33,135 bases of DNA from assembly GCA_017540285.1 (NCBI GenBank), contig JAFYBI010000208.1:1-33135 (forward strand). Reading direction: 5' to 3'. The DNA comes from Clostridia bacterium (lineage in GTDB: Bacteria; Bacillota; Clostridia; Oscillospirales; CAG-272). This document shows positions 16,948 through 25,719 of this stretch, one piece after another. A program made the translations under genes and the position numbers. Every line of letters begins with the position of its first letter. Positions within the stretch are counted from its first letter, which is position 1. A model generated the notes under the pieces. The model was not told where the DNA came from. It ran no database searches and saw only the letters and a program-made list of their open reading frames with translations.

Positions 16948-17029
16948 CAGAAACACTCCTTCGCAAAACCTGAAATGCGGCGCGGGCGGCAAAAGCGTCG
17001 GGACAGTTGTGAACATTTCCCCCATCCCA

Positions 17030-17058
17030 TTGATTTTCCGGCGTCCGCATGATATAAT
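17030..17058 (+). promoter_or_regulatory. Sigma-A-type promoter for coaW
   Basis: TTGATT (17030-17035), 17 nt spacer, TATAAT (17053-17058). It lies about 55 nt upstream of ATG 17113. Confidence 0.6.
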
Positions 17059-17112
17059 ACAGAATTGAACACTTTTCTTAAAAATCCTGCTCCGGCAGGT
17101 CACGGAGAACAG

Positions 17113-17958
17113 ATGGCAGAGCACGTTATCATCGGCATCGATATCGGAGGGAGCACGACCAAGATCGTCGGCTTCGACACCTCCTCCGCGGAAAAGACCC
17201 TCATCCGCCCCATTCTCGTCCGGGCGACCGATCCGATCACCTCGATCTACGGCGCGTTCGGCAAGTTCCTCGATCAGAACGGCCTGACCCTCGGCGACGT
17301 GCAGAAGGTCATGGTCACGGGCGCGGGCTCGTCCTACATGTCGAAGCCGATCTACGGACTCCCCTCCGAAAAGATCGCGGAATTCAAGTCCATCGGCCTC
17401 GGCGGGCTCTATCTCTCCGGCCTTGACCGCGCGATCATCGCCTCCTGCGGCACCGGCACGGCGCTGGTCTACGCGGAGGAAGGCATGGAGCCGGATTATC
17501 TCGGCGGCACGGGCGTCGGCGGCGGCACCCTCGTCGGCCTCTCGAAGAAGATGCTGAACATGGACAACGTCGACCACATCGCGGAGCTCGCGAAGAGCGG
17601 CTCCCTCGACCGGGTCGACCTCAAGATCAAGGACATCACGAAGAGCGACATCGTGCCCGGCTTCTCCGACATCATGACGGCGTCGAACTTCGGGCAGGTG
17701 AGCGACCTCGCGACGCGCGCGGACATCGCCTGCGGCATCATCAACATGGTGTTCGAGACGATCGGCATGATCTCGATCTTCGCCGCGCGGAACTACAAGA
17801 TCCGCGACGTGGTCCTGACGGGGAATCTCTCGCAGGTCCCGCAGGCGGAAACCGTCTTCAAGACCCTCAACCGCATGTTCGACATGAACTTCATCATCCC
17901 CGAGAATTCCGCCTTCGGCACCGTCATTGGCGCGGCGCTGGCGGGAATGGAGGCCTGA
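17113..17958 (+). CDS. coaW: Type II pantothenate kinase
   Basis: IGIDIGGSTTKIV, ASCGTGTALVY, LGGTGVGGGTLVGLSK, DLKIKDI and NFG match the S. aureus CoaW pattern (GIDAGGTLIKIV, NVGTGTSL, GGIGTGGGMIQGLG, DLKVRHIY). The start is set at ATG 17113 (MAEHVII). Confidence 0.82.
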   Translation: MAEHVIIGIDIGGSTTKIVGFDTSSAEKTLIRPILVRATDPITSIYGAFGKFLDQNGLTLGDVQKVMVTGAGSSYMSKPIYGLPSEKIAEFKSIGLGGLYLSGLDRAIIASCGTGTALVYAEEGMEPDYLGGTGVGGGTLVGLSKKMLNMDNVDHIAELAKSGSLDRVDLKIKDITKSDIVPGFSDIMTASNFGQVSDLATRADIACGIINMVFETIGMISIFAARNYKIRDVVLTGNLSQVPQAETVFKTLNRMFDMNFIIPENSAFGTVIGAALAGMEA

Positions 17959-18061
17959 GGGCTCCGCGGAACGGATCTCTTCCCCGCCTGTTTGCGGCGC
18001 ATCCCCGTTCGCTTCCTCATTATATCATCGTTTCGGCAAAAAATCAAGACCTGGAGAACCC

Positions 18062-19429
18062 ATGAAAAAACGCAGACTCACCTCCTTCCTCCTCGCGCTG
18101 TTCCTCTTTGCGGGATGCGTGAAGGAGACGATCCCCCAGCCGGCAGAGGAGACGCCCCCGGCGGACGAGACCCAGATCGAGACGGCCGTGACCGAGGCCC
18201 CGGTCTATGCGGGTCCGCGCGTCATCGTCGACGGCAAAAATCCCGAACGCGATCTGACGGCGGCGGAAAAAGAAGCGTATCCGCAGGCGACGAACCTGCC
18301 GACGCTCTACATCGACCTCGGCACGGAGAAGCTCTCCTCGGTCCGCCACGGCGTCTGGTCCCCCGGCACCTACACCCTCGTCTCAGACGGCCGCGGGATC
18401 GTGGAACAGCCCATCGAGATGAAGGGCCGCGGCAATTACAGCTGGTCGTTCCCGCAGAAGACCTACGGCCTCAAGCTCGGGACGGCGGCGCCCCTGCTCG
18501 GCATGAACACGAGCAAAAAGTGGGTCCTCATCACGACGTGGTCGGACAAGACCCTTTTGCGCAACTTCATCACGCTCAACCTCGCCTCGGAGCTTCTCGG
18601 GATGAAGGGCGCGGTCCAGACCCGCTACGTGGACGTCTACGTGAACGGGAAGTACAACGGCCTCTACGTCCTCTCACAGAACATCACCCTCGGCGAGCGC
18701 CAGGTCGACGGCGACGCGCTGTTCGAGTGCGAGGCGCAGTACCGGCACGGCGACTGTTCGAACTGCATCATCTGCCCGAGCGGCTGCCACATCATTTTCA
18801 GCGAGCCGATCAACGACGTGACACCCGAGGAGCGCGAGGAGCTTCTGAAAACCTACACGCAGCTCTTCGTCAAGGCGGACGTGGCGATGACGACGGGCAA
18901 GGGATACCGGGCATACTCCCGCTACATCGACGTCGACTCCTTCGTGGACTGGTACATCGTAAACGAGCTCGTGAAGAACTATGACTCCGGCTTCACGACG
19001 AGCTGCTACTGCTTCGCGAAGGACGGGAAGATCTACATGGGACCGTGCTGGGACTACGACACGTGCATGGGCAATCAGATCGTGGCGACCTGCCTCGATC
19101 CGATCGGGTATCACGTCTCGACGTCGCAGTACAACCCGTGGTATCAGAACCTGATGGCGGACAAGGACTTCACCGAAGCCCTGCACGCGCGCTGGACGCA
19201 GCTCGTCGACGACGGCGTGATCGACGCCTTCATGCAGATGATCGACGATCAGGTCGAGAACATCGCGGCGTCGGAGAAAATGGACCACAAGACCTTCCGC
19301 GACGCGATGCAGTACACCGGTCTGCGCGGGGGGCTGTCCCTCTTCAAGTACGATCAGGAAGTCGAATACCTCAAGGACTGGCTGACCAAGCGCATCGCCT
19401 GGCTGTCGTCGGAGTGGTACGGGAAATAA
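18062..19429 (+). CDS. CotH kinase family lipoprotein
   Basis: The start is set at ATG 18062 (MKKRRLTSFLLALFLFAGC, lipobox FAGC). CotH-type blocks are LPTLYIDL, MKGRGNYSW..PQKTYGLKL, KKWVLITTWSDKTLLRNFITLNLA, YVDVYVNGKYNGLYVL and PCWDYD. Confidence 0.8.
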   Translation: MKKRRLTSFLLALFLFAGCVKETIPQPAEETPPADETQIETAVTEAPVYAGPRVIVDGKNPERDLTAAEKEAYPQATNLPTLYIDLGTEKLSSVRHGVWSPGTYTLVSDGRGIVEQPIEMKGRGNYSWSFPQKTYGLKLGTAAPLLGMNTSKKWVLITTWSDKTLLRNFITLNLASELLGMKGAVQTRYVDVYVNGKYNGLYVLSQNITLGERQVDGDALFECEAQYRHGDCSNCIICPSGCHIIFSEPINDVTPEEREELLKTYTQLFVKADVAMTTGKGYRAYSRYIDVDSFVDWYIVNELVKNYDSGFTTSCYCFAKDGKIYMGPCWDYDTCMGNQIVATCLDPIGYHVSTSQYNPWYQNLMADKDFTEALHARWTQLVDDGVIDAFMQMIDDQVENIAASEKMDHKTFRDAMQYTGLRGGLSLFKYDQEVEYLKDWLTKRIAWLSSEWYGK

Positions 19430-19436
19430 GCCGTCA

Positions 19437-19490
19437 AGAAAACAAACGGTCGTGTTTCTGCACATCCATGCAGACGCACGGCCGTTTTTC
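19437..19490. terminator. Bidirectional terminator between the two convergent CotH genes
   Basis: The outer arms are AAACGGTCGTG (19444-19454) and CACGGCCGTTT (19477-19487), with one G-U pair. The inner stem is CTGCA/TGCAG. TTTTT follows on the plus strand. An A/C-rich run before the hairpin gives a T-rich run on the minus strand. Confidence 0.7.
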
Positions 19491-19502
19491 GCTGCCCGCG
19501 GA

Positions 19503-22136
19503 TCACTGAATGATCAGCAGGTTCTTTTCCTTCACCAGCCTCACCTTGATCCCGGCTTCGGCAAAGCGCGCGGTGAGATCGGCGACGCTGATCTTTTCGG
19601 ACTCGTGATCGCGGACCCATTCGTATTCCGAGCGGTAGAGATCGCGGGCGAATTTGAACGGCGATTTCAGCATGCTCAGCGGGATGAGCGTTTCCTCTCC
19701 GAGCTTCACCGTCAAATCGATCTTGGACCCGAACACGGCGATCGCGTCGTGCAGTCCGGTCCCCATCTCGAAGGCGGGCAGGATCGCGTTCGCCTGCCCC
19801 GGCGTGAGCTCCGCGTCGTAGAGCGTCACCATGTCGCCGCCGTCCGGAATGCGTCCGCGATACACGGATTTGTGAACCTCCTCGAGCGGGAGGGCATCGA
19901 CGACCTCGCCGTCGTGCGCGAGCGTCAGGGTATCGCCGGACTTCGCGAACGTGAGCTTCGCGTCCCCGCCTTCCCCGCTTTCGGTGAGGGTGAAATACCC
20001 CTTCGCCGGGACGGTATGGCCGTCGAGCTTCTGCGCCCGGCCGCCCGTACCGACGGTCCAGCCGTCAAGGGAGAGCTCTTCCTCCGCGCCGTTGTACAGC
20101 TCGACGAAGGCTTCGTCCGTGCCGCGCAGCGCGACTTCGTTCAGCACGAGGCCGTCCGCGCGCTTCTCCGTCTTTTCCGGGAAGGTCACGGTGAGCTTCG
20201 CCTCTTTGGACGTGAGGATCAGGGTCCCGTTCGAGATCATGCCGCCCTCCGCCTCCGCCTGCGCCCCTTCGGGCAGGTTCAGCGGGATCGGCGTGGACTG
20301 CAGATACTGCCGCACCTCGCCGTCGGTCATGCGGAACCAGCCGAGCTCCGCCTCACCCTCTCCCTTCAGGGTGACCGCAAGCGCCGCGAGCTTTTTCCCG
20401 GACTGCTTTTCGGTCGCGGAGAGGACCGCGTCGACGCGCTTGATCGCGAAGGAGCGCAGACCCGAAACGTTCGTCTGCCATGCCGCGACGCTTCCGCCGG
20501 CGACGTGCAGCTTTTTCGTCGTGTATTCCATCTCGGGCAGCATGGCGAGGGTCAGGTCCCCGATCTTCTCCTGCACCCGGGAGGGCTTGAAGACCGCCGT
20601 CGCGAGGGTGCAGAAGTACATGTACACCCGGTTGGCGAAGGTCTCGTTCTTCATGAGGTTGTTGTAGACGTTGCGGATGAGCAAAGCACTCGTCCCGTCG
20701 ATCGTGCGGTAGGGGTTCTTCGAATAGTTGTGGCCGTTGCCGAAGGAGAGGTCGAGGTCCTTGAGCAAAAACCGCCACCGCCCGTCGTAGATGCCCTCGG
20801 CGTCGGGCTGATACCCGTCGACGCTCCGCCGGAACGCGCGCAGGTTGTTGTCCGGCCAGTCGGAGTTGCCGCAGTAGAGCTCGGTGCACATGTATTCGTT
20901 GAAGTTGCGCAGATCGATCACCTCCCCCGCCCGTTCCAGGGTCGAGGAGAGCTTCGGGTCAAGCGCGGCGAGCTTGATGAGCATCCTGGTGAAGTCCTTG
21001 ACCGCGGTCCCCGCTTCGGCCTCGGGCGCGGTGTCGAGCGTCCACATGCTCCCGCCGTAATTCTCATAGGAGCCGGAGAGGATCGTCAGCTCTTCCTCCG
21101 GGACGCCGAAATGCGCCTCGATGAAGTCCGCGTCGTAGTCCTCGATCATCATGAAGACGCCGCGGTACTGGCCGTTGATGAACTCCGTCACGGGACGCAT
21201 GGCGGGGACGATCTGTCCCGTCCCCTCGCACAGGCTGATCTGCAGCGGCGTCGCGATGACGTTGTTGCCCTCGTTGTTCGAGCCGCCGCGGAGCAGGATC
21301 GTGTTCGCGAAGGAAAGGGTCCGCCCGGTCTTCGGATCGCGGTAGCCGGGGAACAGGTCGAGGGTGAAGGTGCCGTGTGAGGGCGTATAGGACCGGCGGC
21401 TGAAGATCTTCAGGGATTTCTGCGTGTTCGCTCTCGTCCAGCCGCCGTTGACGCGGATGCCGGCATTCGAGGAATAGTCGAACGCGCCCTGCCCGCTCTC
21501 GGAGAATTCCATGGACGTCGGGCGTTCCCACTCGATGCCGCTGTTATAGAAGTTCGCGTTGGTGTTGCCGAGGACCCAGCCCTTCGGATTGCCGTGCTTC
21601 TTCGCGTCGTCGCGCGCCTTTCCCTCGACGAGGATGCCGGTCTCATAGCCGTACAGCCCCTCGGGTTCGGAGACGAGGGAGAAGACCGGCGTGGTGAACC
21701 GTCCCTCCGGCGCGGAAAAGTAAGTAAACGTATAGCACTGGCCGACCTGCTTCCGACCGTCGAAGAGCGCGGCCCGGATCACGGCGCACTCCGTCACCCC
21801 GTCCCCCGTCTCGTTGTAGGGGATCCGGAAATCGCTCGACGCCACCTGAGAATCCGCCGTAGGCACCAGCGCCGTGGTCGTGGTATAGCAGATGCGGTAC
21901 CCGGAATCGGTCGAAAGGAGCAGCCTTGCCGGGCGTTCGTCCACCGAATAGATGCCGGGTTCGACGGACGGCGTGATGACGGGCTCCTCCTCCTTCGGCG
22001 CGGCGACGATGACCCGCTCCTCTTCCGGGTCCGCGGCGGGCGTCGATACCGCAGGCGCGCAGGCGGTGAAGGCGGCGGATGACAGGAGCGTCAGCGCCAG
22101 AAGGAGGGAGACTCCGGCGGATTTGTGGTTTCTCAT
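19503..22136 (-). CDS. CotH kinase family lipoprotein with a C-terminal lamin-tail (LTD) domain
   Basis: 877 aa. The signal and lipobox are LLLALTLLSSAAFTAC. CotH-type blocks are IRVNGGWTRANTQKSLKIFS and ...FINGQYRGVFMMIEDYD. The LTD signature LVLNEVALRGTDEAFVELYNGAEEELSLDGWTV lies at approximately 19840-20160. Confidence 0.8.
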   Translation of the reverse strand: MRNHKSAGVSLLLALTLLSSAAFTACAPAVSTPAADPEEERVIVAAPKEEEPVITPSVEPGIYSVDERPARLLLSTDSGYRICYTTTTALVPTADSQVASSDFRIPYNETGDGVTECAVIRAALFDGRKQVGQCYTFTYFSAPEGRFTTPVFSLVSEPEGLYGYETGILVEGKARDDAKKHGNPKGWVLGNTNANFYNSGIEWERPTSMEFSESGQGAFDYSSNAGIRVNGGWTRANTQKSLKIFSRRSYTPSHGTFTLDLFPGYRDPKTGRTLSFANTILLRGGSNNEGNNVIATPLQISLCEGTGQIVPAMRPVTEFINGQYRGVFMMIEDYDADFIEAHFGVPEEELTILSGSYENYGGSMWTLDTAPEAEAGTAVKDFTRMLIKLAALDPKLSSTLERAGEVIDLRNFNEYMCTELYCGNSDWPDNNLRAFRRSVDGYQPDAEGIYDGRWRFLLKDLDLSFGNGHNYSKNPYRTIDGTSALLIRNVYNNLMKNETFANRVYMYFCTLATAVFKPSRVQEKIGDLTLAMLPEMEYTTKKLHVAGGSVAAWQTNVSGLRSFAIKRVDAVLSATEKQSGKKLAALAVTLKGEGEAELGWFRMTDGEVRQYLQSTPIPLNLPEGAQAEAEGGMISNGTLILTSKEAKLTVTFPEKTEKRADGLVLNEVALRGTDEAFVELYNGAEEELSLDGWTVGTGGRAQKLDGHTVPAKGYFTLTESGEGGDAKLTFAKSGDTLTLAHDGEVVDALPLEEVHKSVYRGRIPDGGDMVTLYDAELTPGQANAILPAFEMGTGLHDAIAVFGSKIDLTVKLGEETLIPLSMLKSPFKFARDLYRSEYEWVRDHESEKISVADLTARFAEAGIKVRLVKEKNLLIIQ

Positions 22137-22196
22137 GGTCAGAACACATCCTTTTCGGTCTGTCGGTCATGCGGGCACCGGCAGGAACAGTTTGCC

Positions 22197-24140
22197 TCAG
22201 GCTTTGCGCACCCACACGATCATCTCGCGGGTGTCCTCCCGGTTGTCCCAGAAGGCATAGGGGATCGCGCGGATCGTGACTTTTTCGGCGTCCGCGCCTT
22301 CATAGCGGCGGTAGAGCGCGTCGGCGGTCCACGGTTTCTGCCGGACGGCGGGGCCGACGATCGCCGTCATGCCCGGGAAGAGGGTCGAATCGGTTTCGGC
22401 CGCGTAGTCACCGGGATCGCACACGGAGAGCGCGTCGAGGCAGTCGCCGTTGTCCGCGGATTCGAGGCAGTAGACCACCGGACCGCGCATCAGGGCGACC
22501 CGTCCGTCGTCCGCGCGCAGGAGCGGGTTCGCTTCGACGAATTCGACGGGCATCGGCAGGTCGAGCTCGACCGTGTCGCCGTCCCGCCACGTGCGGCGCA
22601 GAACGGCATATCCCTTCGTGACGGACGGACACACTTCGGCGCCGTTCACGCGGACGGAGAAGGTGCGCGCCCATCCGGGGATGCGGAGCGCGAGACCGTA
22701 CGCGCCGGCCGACAGCGTGAACGCGATATGCCCGTCCCACGGATAGTTCCCGGTCTGGGAGAGCGTCACCTGCCTGCCGCCGACGTCGAGGACGGCTTCG
22801 GAGCCGACGTAGAGGTGCGCGTACACCGTGTCGGCGGAGGCCGAATAGACATAGCTGCCGAGCGAGGTGATCATGCGGGCGAGGTTCGGCGGGCAGCAGG
22901 CGCATCCGAACCAGCCGGGACGCTTCGACTGGATGTGTCCGACGACGCCGGCGTTCTTCGTCGCGCGCTCCCATACGGCGAGCGGATTGGTATAGAAGAA
23001 ATGCTGGCCGTCGAGCGCCATGCCGGAGATCGTGCCGTTGTACAGGAGCCGCTCCATGACGTCGGAATAGCGGCTGTCGGGATCCATGCGCAGCATGCGT
23101 TTGGCGAAGAACACCATCGAGATCGCGGCGCAGGTCTCGTTGTAGGCGGAATCGTTCGGAAGGTGATAGTCGAACGTGAACGCCTCGCCCCACACCTGGG
23201 ATCCGACGCCGCCCGTCACGTACATCTGGCGGTTCACGACGTTGTCCCAGAGGTTCCGCGCGGCACGGGCGAGCCCTTCGTCCCCGGTCTCCGCCGCGAG
23301 ATCGGCAACGCCGGTGTAGAGATACCCGGCGCGGACGCTGTGTCCGACCGCTTCGGTCTGCTCGCGGATCGGCTTGTGGGACTGGTTGTATTTCTTGTCG
23401 ACGCGATCGACCCGTCCGCCGCCCCAGAAGCCGCGGTGCTCTCGTTTTTCGAGCTCCCAGTCGAAGAAGTGGGGCTCGGTGCCGCGGGCGTCGACCATGT
23501 ATTTCGCGAGGTTCAAATACCGTTTCTCCCCGGTCGCCCGGTACAGGCGGCACAGCGCGAGCTCGAGCTCTGGATGACCCGGATAGCCGTGGAGCTTTCC
23601 TTCCTCCGGCCCGATCTTTTCGTCGATCAGGTCGACGAAGCGGCGCATGATCGAAAGGAGCTTGTCCTTCCCCGTCGCTTCATAGTATGCCACGGCGGCC
23701 TCGGTCATGTGCCCGGCGCAGTAGAGCTCGTGGCAGTCGAGGAGATTGGTGAACTTCTTATCCGGCGCCGTGATCTGGAAGTAGGTGTCGAGATACCCGT
23801 CCTCCTCCTGCGCCTGCCCGATGAGATCGATCACCCCGTCGGCGGTCTGCTCCAGCGCAGCGTCCGGCGCGATCGTCAGACGGTACGCGACGGCCTCGAG
23901 CCACTTCGCGACGTCGCTGTCCTGAAAGACGTAGCCGTGGAAGTCGCCCTTCTCGAGGCCCGCGGCGATGCGGAAATTGGCGATGGCGTGGCTCGGCTCG
24001 GTGTCCGGCACCTGATCGTTGAGGACGCGCCACTGATAGGGGATGATCTTCTCCTTCGCGATGTCCTGATAACGGCTCCAGAAGCCGTCGCGGATCTTCA
24101 CGGACCCAAGCGGCGCGAATTCGTTGGTGATGAAAGACAT
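22197..24140 (-). CDS. Glycoside hydrolase family 127 (beta-L-arabinofuranosidase, DUF1680)
   Basis: 647 aa with an AGGAGG RBS. It has the HypBA1-type cysteine motif WFGCACCPPNLARM, plus GHMTEAAVAYYEATG and YVTGGVGS blocks typical of GH127. Confidence 0.88.
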   Translation of the reverse strand: MSFITNEFAPLGSVKIRDGFWSRYQDIAKEKIIPYQWRVLNDQVPDTEPSHAIANFRIAAGLEKGDFHGYVFQDSDVAKWLEAVAYRLTIAPDAALEQTADGVIDLIGQAQEEDGYLDTYFQITAPDKKFTNLLDCHELYCAGHMTEAAVAYYEATGKDKLLSIMRRFVDLIDEKIGPEEGKLHGYPGHPELELALCRLYRATGEKRYLNLAKYMVDARGTEPHFFDWELEKREHRGFWGGGRVDRVDKKYNQSHKPIREQTEAVGHSVRAGYLYTGVADLAAETGDEGLARAARNLWDNVVNRQMYVTGGVGSQVWGEAFTFDYHLPNDSAYNETCAAISMVFFAKRMLRMDPDSRYSDVMERLLYNGTISGMALDGQHFFYTNPLAVWERATKNAGVVGHIQSKRPGWFGCACCPPNLARMITSLGSYVYSASADTVYAHLYVGSEAVLDVGGRQVTLSQTGNYPWDGHIAFTLSAGAYGLALRIPGWARTFSVRVNGAEVCPSVTKGYAVLRRTWRDGDTVELDLPMPVEFVEANPLLRADDGRVALMRGPVVYCLESADNGDCLDALSVCDPGDYAAETDSTLFPGMTAIVGPAVRQKPWTADALYRRYEGADAEKVTIRAIPYAFWDNREDTREMIVWVRKA

Positions 24141-24159
24141 AAGCGACCTCCTGCCGTTT

Positions 24160-24555
24160 TCAGAAGCGGTATTCGACGGGGGCGGCGGTGAAGGAGCAGA
24201 TCACGGCTTTCGCGTTTTCGAGCGCGAAGACCGCGGTATTGCCGTCGCCGGGCGTGTACATCGCGCGCAGGGAGGGATAGGCGTCGAGCATGTGTTCGGC
24301 GGCCTTCACATCGTCGACGAGGACGGCGTCCGCGGTGAGGCGGATCCAGCGTCCGTCGGCCGACATGGCGCAGATCTCCACCTTCGGGCAGGCGAGCATC
24401 TGCTTCGCGACGTTCTTTTTCAGCCCGGTCTGGATGGTGAGTTTCCCCTCCCAGCAGTCGACCGTGCCGAACGGACGGACGCGCGGCTGACCCTCTTCGA
24501 CGGTCGCGAGGTAATAGGTGCCGCAGGCTTTCAGGAATTCATAGACTTCGTTCAT
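24160..24555 (-). CDS. Pyridoxamine 5'-phosphate oxidase family (FMN-binding split-barrel) protein
   Basis: The start is set at ATG 24555 (MNEVYEFLKACGTYYLATVEEGQPRVRPFG) after AGGAGG. It is ~131 aa. The stop is 19 nt upstream of the GH127 start, so the two are probably co-transcribed. Confidence 0.75.
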   Translation of the reverse strand: MNEVYEFLKACGTYYLATVEEGQPRVRPFGTVDCWEGKLTIQTGLKKNVAKQMLACPKVEICAMSADGRWIRLTADAVLVDDVKAAEHMLDAYPSLRAMYTPGDGNTAVFALENAKAVICSFTAAPVEYRF

Positions 24556-24589
24556 GGGATGCCTCCTGTATGAAATGGTTGAATGATGG

Positions 24590-25639
24590 TCAATACCCGA
24601 GATTCGCGGAGGTCCAGTCGGCGGCCGCGGCAATCAGCTCTGCCACCCGCGGGATCATCTGATCGGACATCCAGCAGTCGGTGAAGAAAATCACGGCGTA
24701 TTCCCGCTCCGTCATCCACCGGTCGATCGCGCGCATGGCCTCGTCGGCGTCGGTGAAGCTCGTGACGGTGAGATCGGGCGTGATCGGGCAGAAGCCGGCC
24801 CCGCGCAGGATCTCGTCCTCCGCCGCGTCGCCGGTCGAGACGGTCAGCCGCGTCCGGCAGTGCGTGTAAGCCGCCATGCGCTCGTTCGCCGCCGTGAGGG
24901 ATCCGGCGAGATCGGCCGAATCGTCCGTTGCGACGCCGTACTGTCCGCGCGCGGCTCCCGCGAGGATCGTCTCCGGATCGGCGTCGTCCCAGAGAAAGAC
25001 GGTGTAGTCAAGCCCCGCCTCCCGCAGCCCGGTCGAGGCGACGTAGGACGCGCCGTCCTCGGGGGAGGTGCAGAGGAGGTAGAGCCGATGACGCGGGTCA
25101 TCCCGCTCGGGCGTCGAAGGGAGAAGGTCCGGACCGCCGCGCTGCCAGCCCGCGTCCGCTTCATAGACGCCGGCAAGCTGTTCGAGCGTGAAGCGGGAAT
25201 CTCCGGTCAAAAGCCGCAGGGTCACCGCTCCGTCCTCGCCCGTCAGCACCTCCCGCCGGATACCGAGCGCGTCGCAAACGGGCGCGGCCTCCACGTAAAA
25301 GGTCGTCTCGTCGCGGTAGATGCCGATGCCCTCGACGATCTCCCCGTTGACCGCGGCGGAGCCGTTCTTCGAGAAGAGGATCGACACATACGCGCCGGTC
25401 GCGGTGTTCTCGAAGAGGAGGTTGCCCTCCGCGGGCGTCGAGAAGGTGACGCCGTCGAGCGCGCCGAAGAGATCCGCGGGGACGTAGTATTTCCCGTCGC
25501 GGATCACGAGCGGCTCGAGCGGATCGCGGTACCACGCCTCATCCCCGGTGAAGAGGGAGGGCAGCGCGGCGCCCGCGGGAACGGAGACAAGGATCGAGAC
25601 CGCCAGCAAAACCAAGAGACATATTTTCCAACGCCGCAT
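24590..25639 (-). CDS. Secreted protein with a copper-amine-oxidase-N-terminal-like (stalk) domain and an unrecognised C-terminal domain
   Basis: 349 aa. The signal peptide is MRRWKICLLVLLAVSILVSVPAGA and the RBS is AAAGGAGGG. The N-terminal half (VIRDGKYYVPADLFGALDGV...VNGEIVEGIGIYRDETTFYVEAAPVCDALGI) resembles the stalk domain common in clostridial exported proteins. Confidence 0.6.
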   Translation of the reverse strand: MRRWKICLLVLLAVSILVSVPAGAALPSLFTGDEAWYRDPLEPLVIRDGKYYVPADLFGALDGVTFSTPAEGNLLFENTATGAYVSILFSKNGSAAVNGEIVEGIGIYRDETTFYVEAAPVCDALGIRREVLTGEDGAVTLRLLTGDSRFTLEQLAGVYEADAGWQRGGPDLLPSTPERDDPRHRLYLLCTSPEDGASYVASTGLREAGLDYTVFLWDDADPETILAGAARGQYGVATDDSADLAGSLTAANERMAAYTHCRTRLTVSTGDAAEDEILRGAGFCPITPDLTVTSFTDADEAMRAIDRWMTEREYAVIFFTDCWMSDQMIPRVAELIAAAADWTSANLGY

Positions 25640-25719
25640 ACGATCCCTCCTTTCCCCGAGGCTCCGATCCCGTGCCGGAACCGCCCGGACTTCTGATTTC
25701 TTTCTTAATGTTATCCTTT

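Noticed and set aside
16948-17577. N-terminal 210-aa extension of the HAD hydrolase ORF (the track gives 16090-17577).
   Set aside because: The extension runs antisense through the coaW gene and its promoter. The HAD domain begins at MIVAAENP (ATG 16947), which has its own AGGAG RBS.
18010-18030. A further copy of the ATTATATCA string (minus-strand TGATATAAT) between coaW and the CotH gene.
   Set aside because: No minus-strand gene lies downstream; it would only drive antisense transcription into coaW. No acceptable -35 is present. It is probably a chance AT-rich match. It also does not fit sigma-K or sigma-E -10 consensus on the plus strand.
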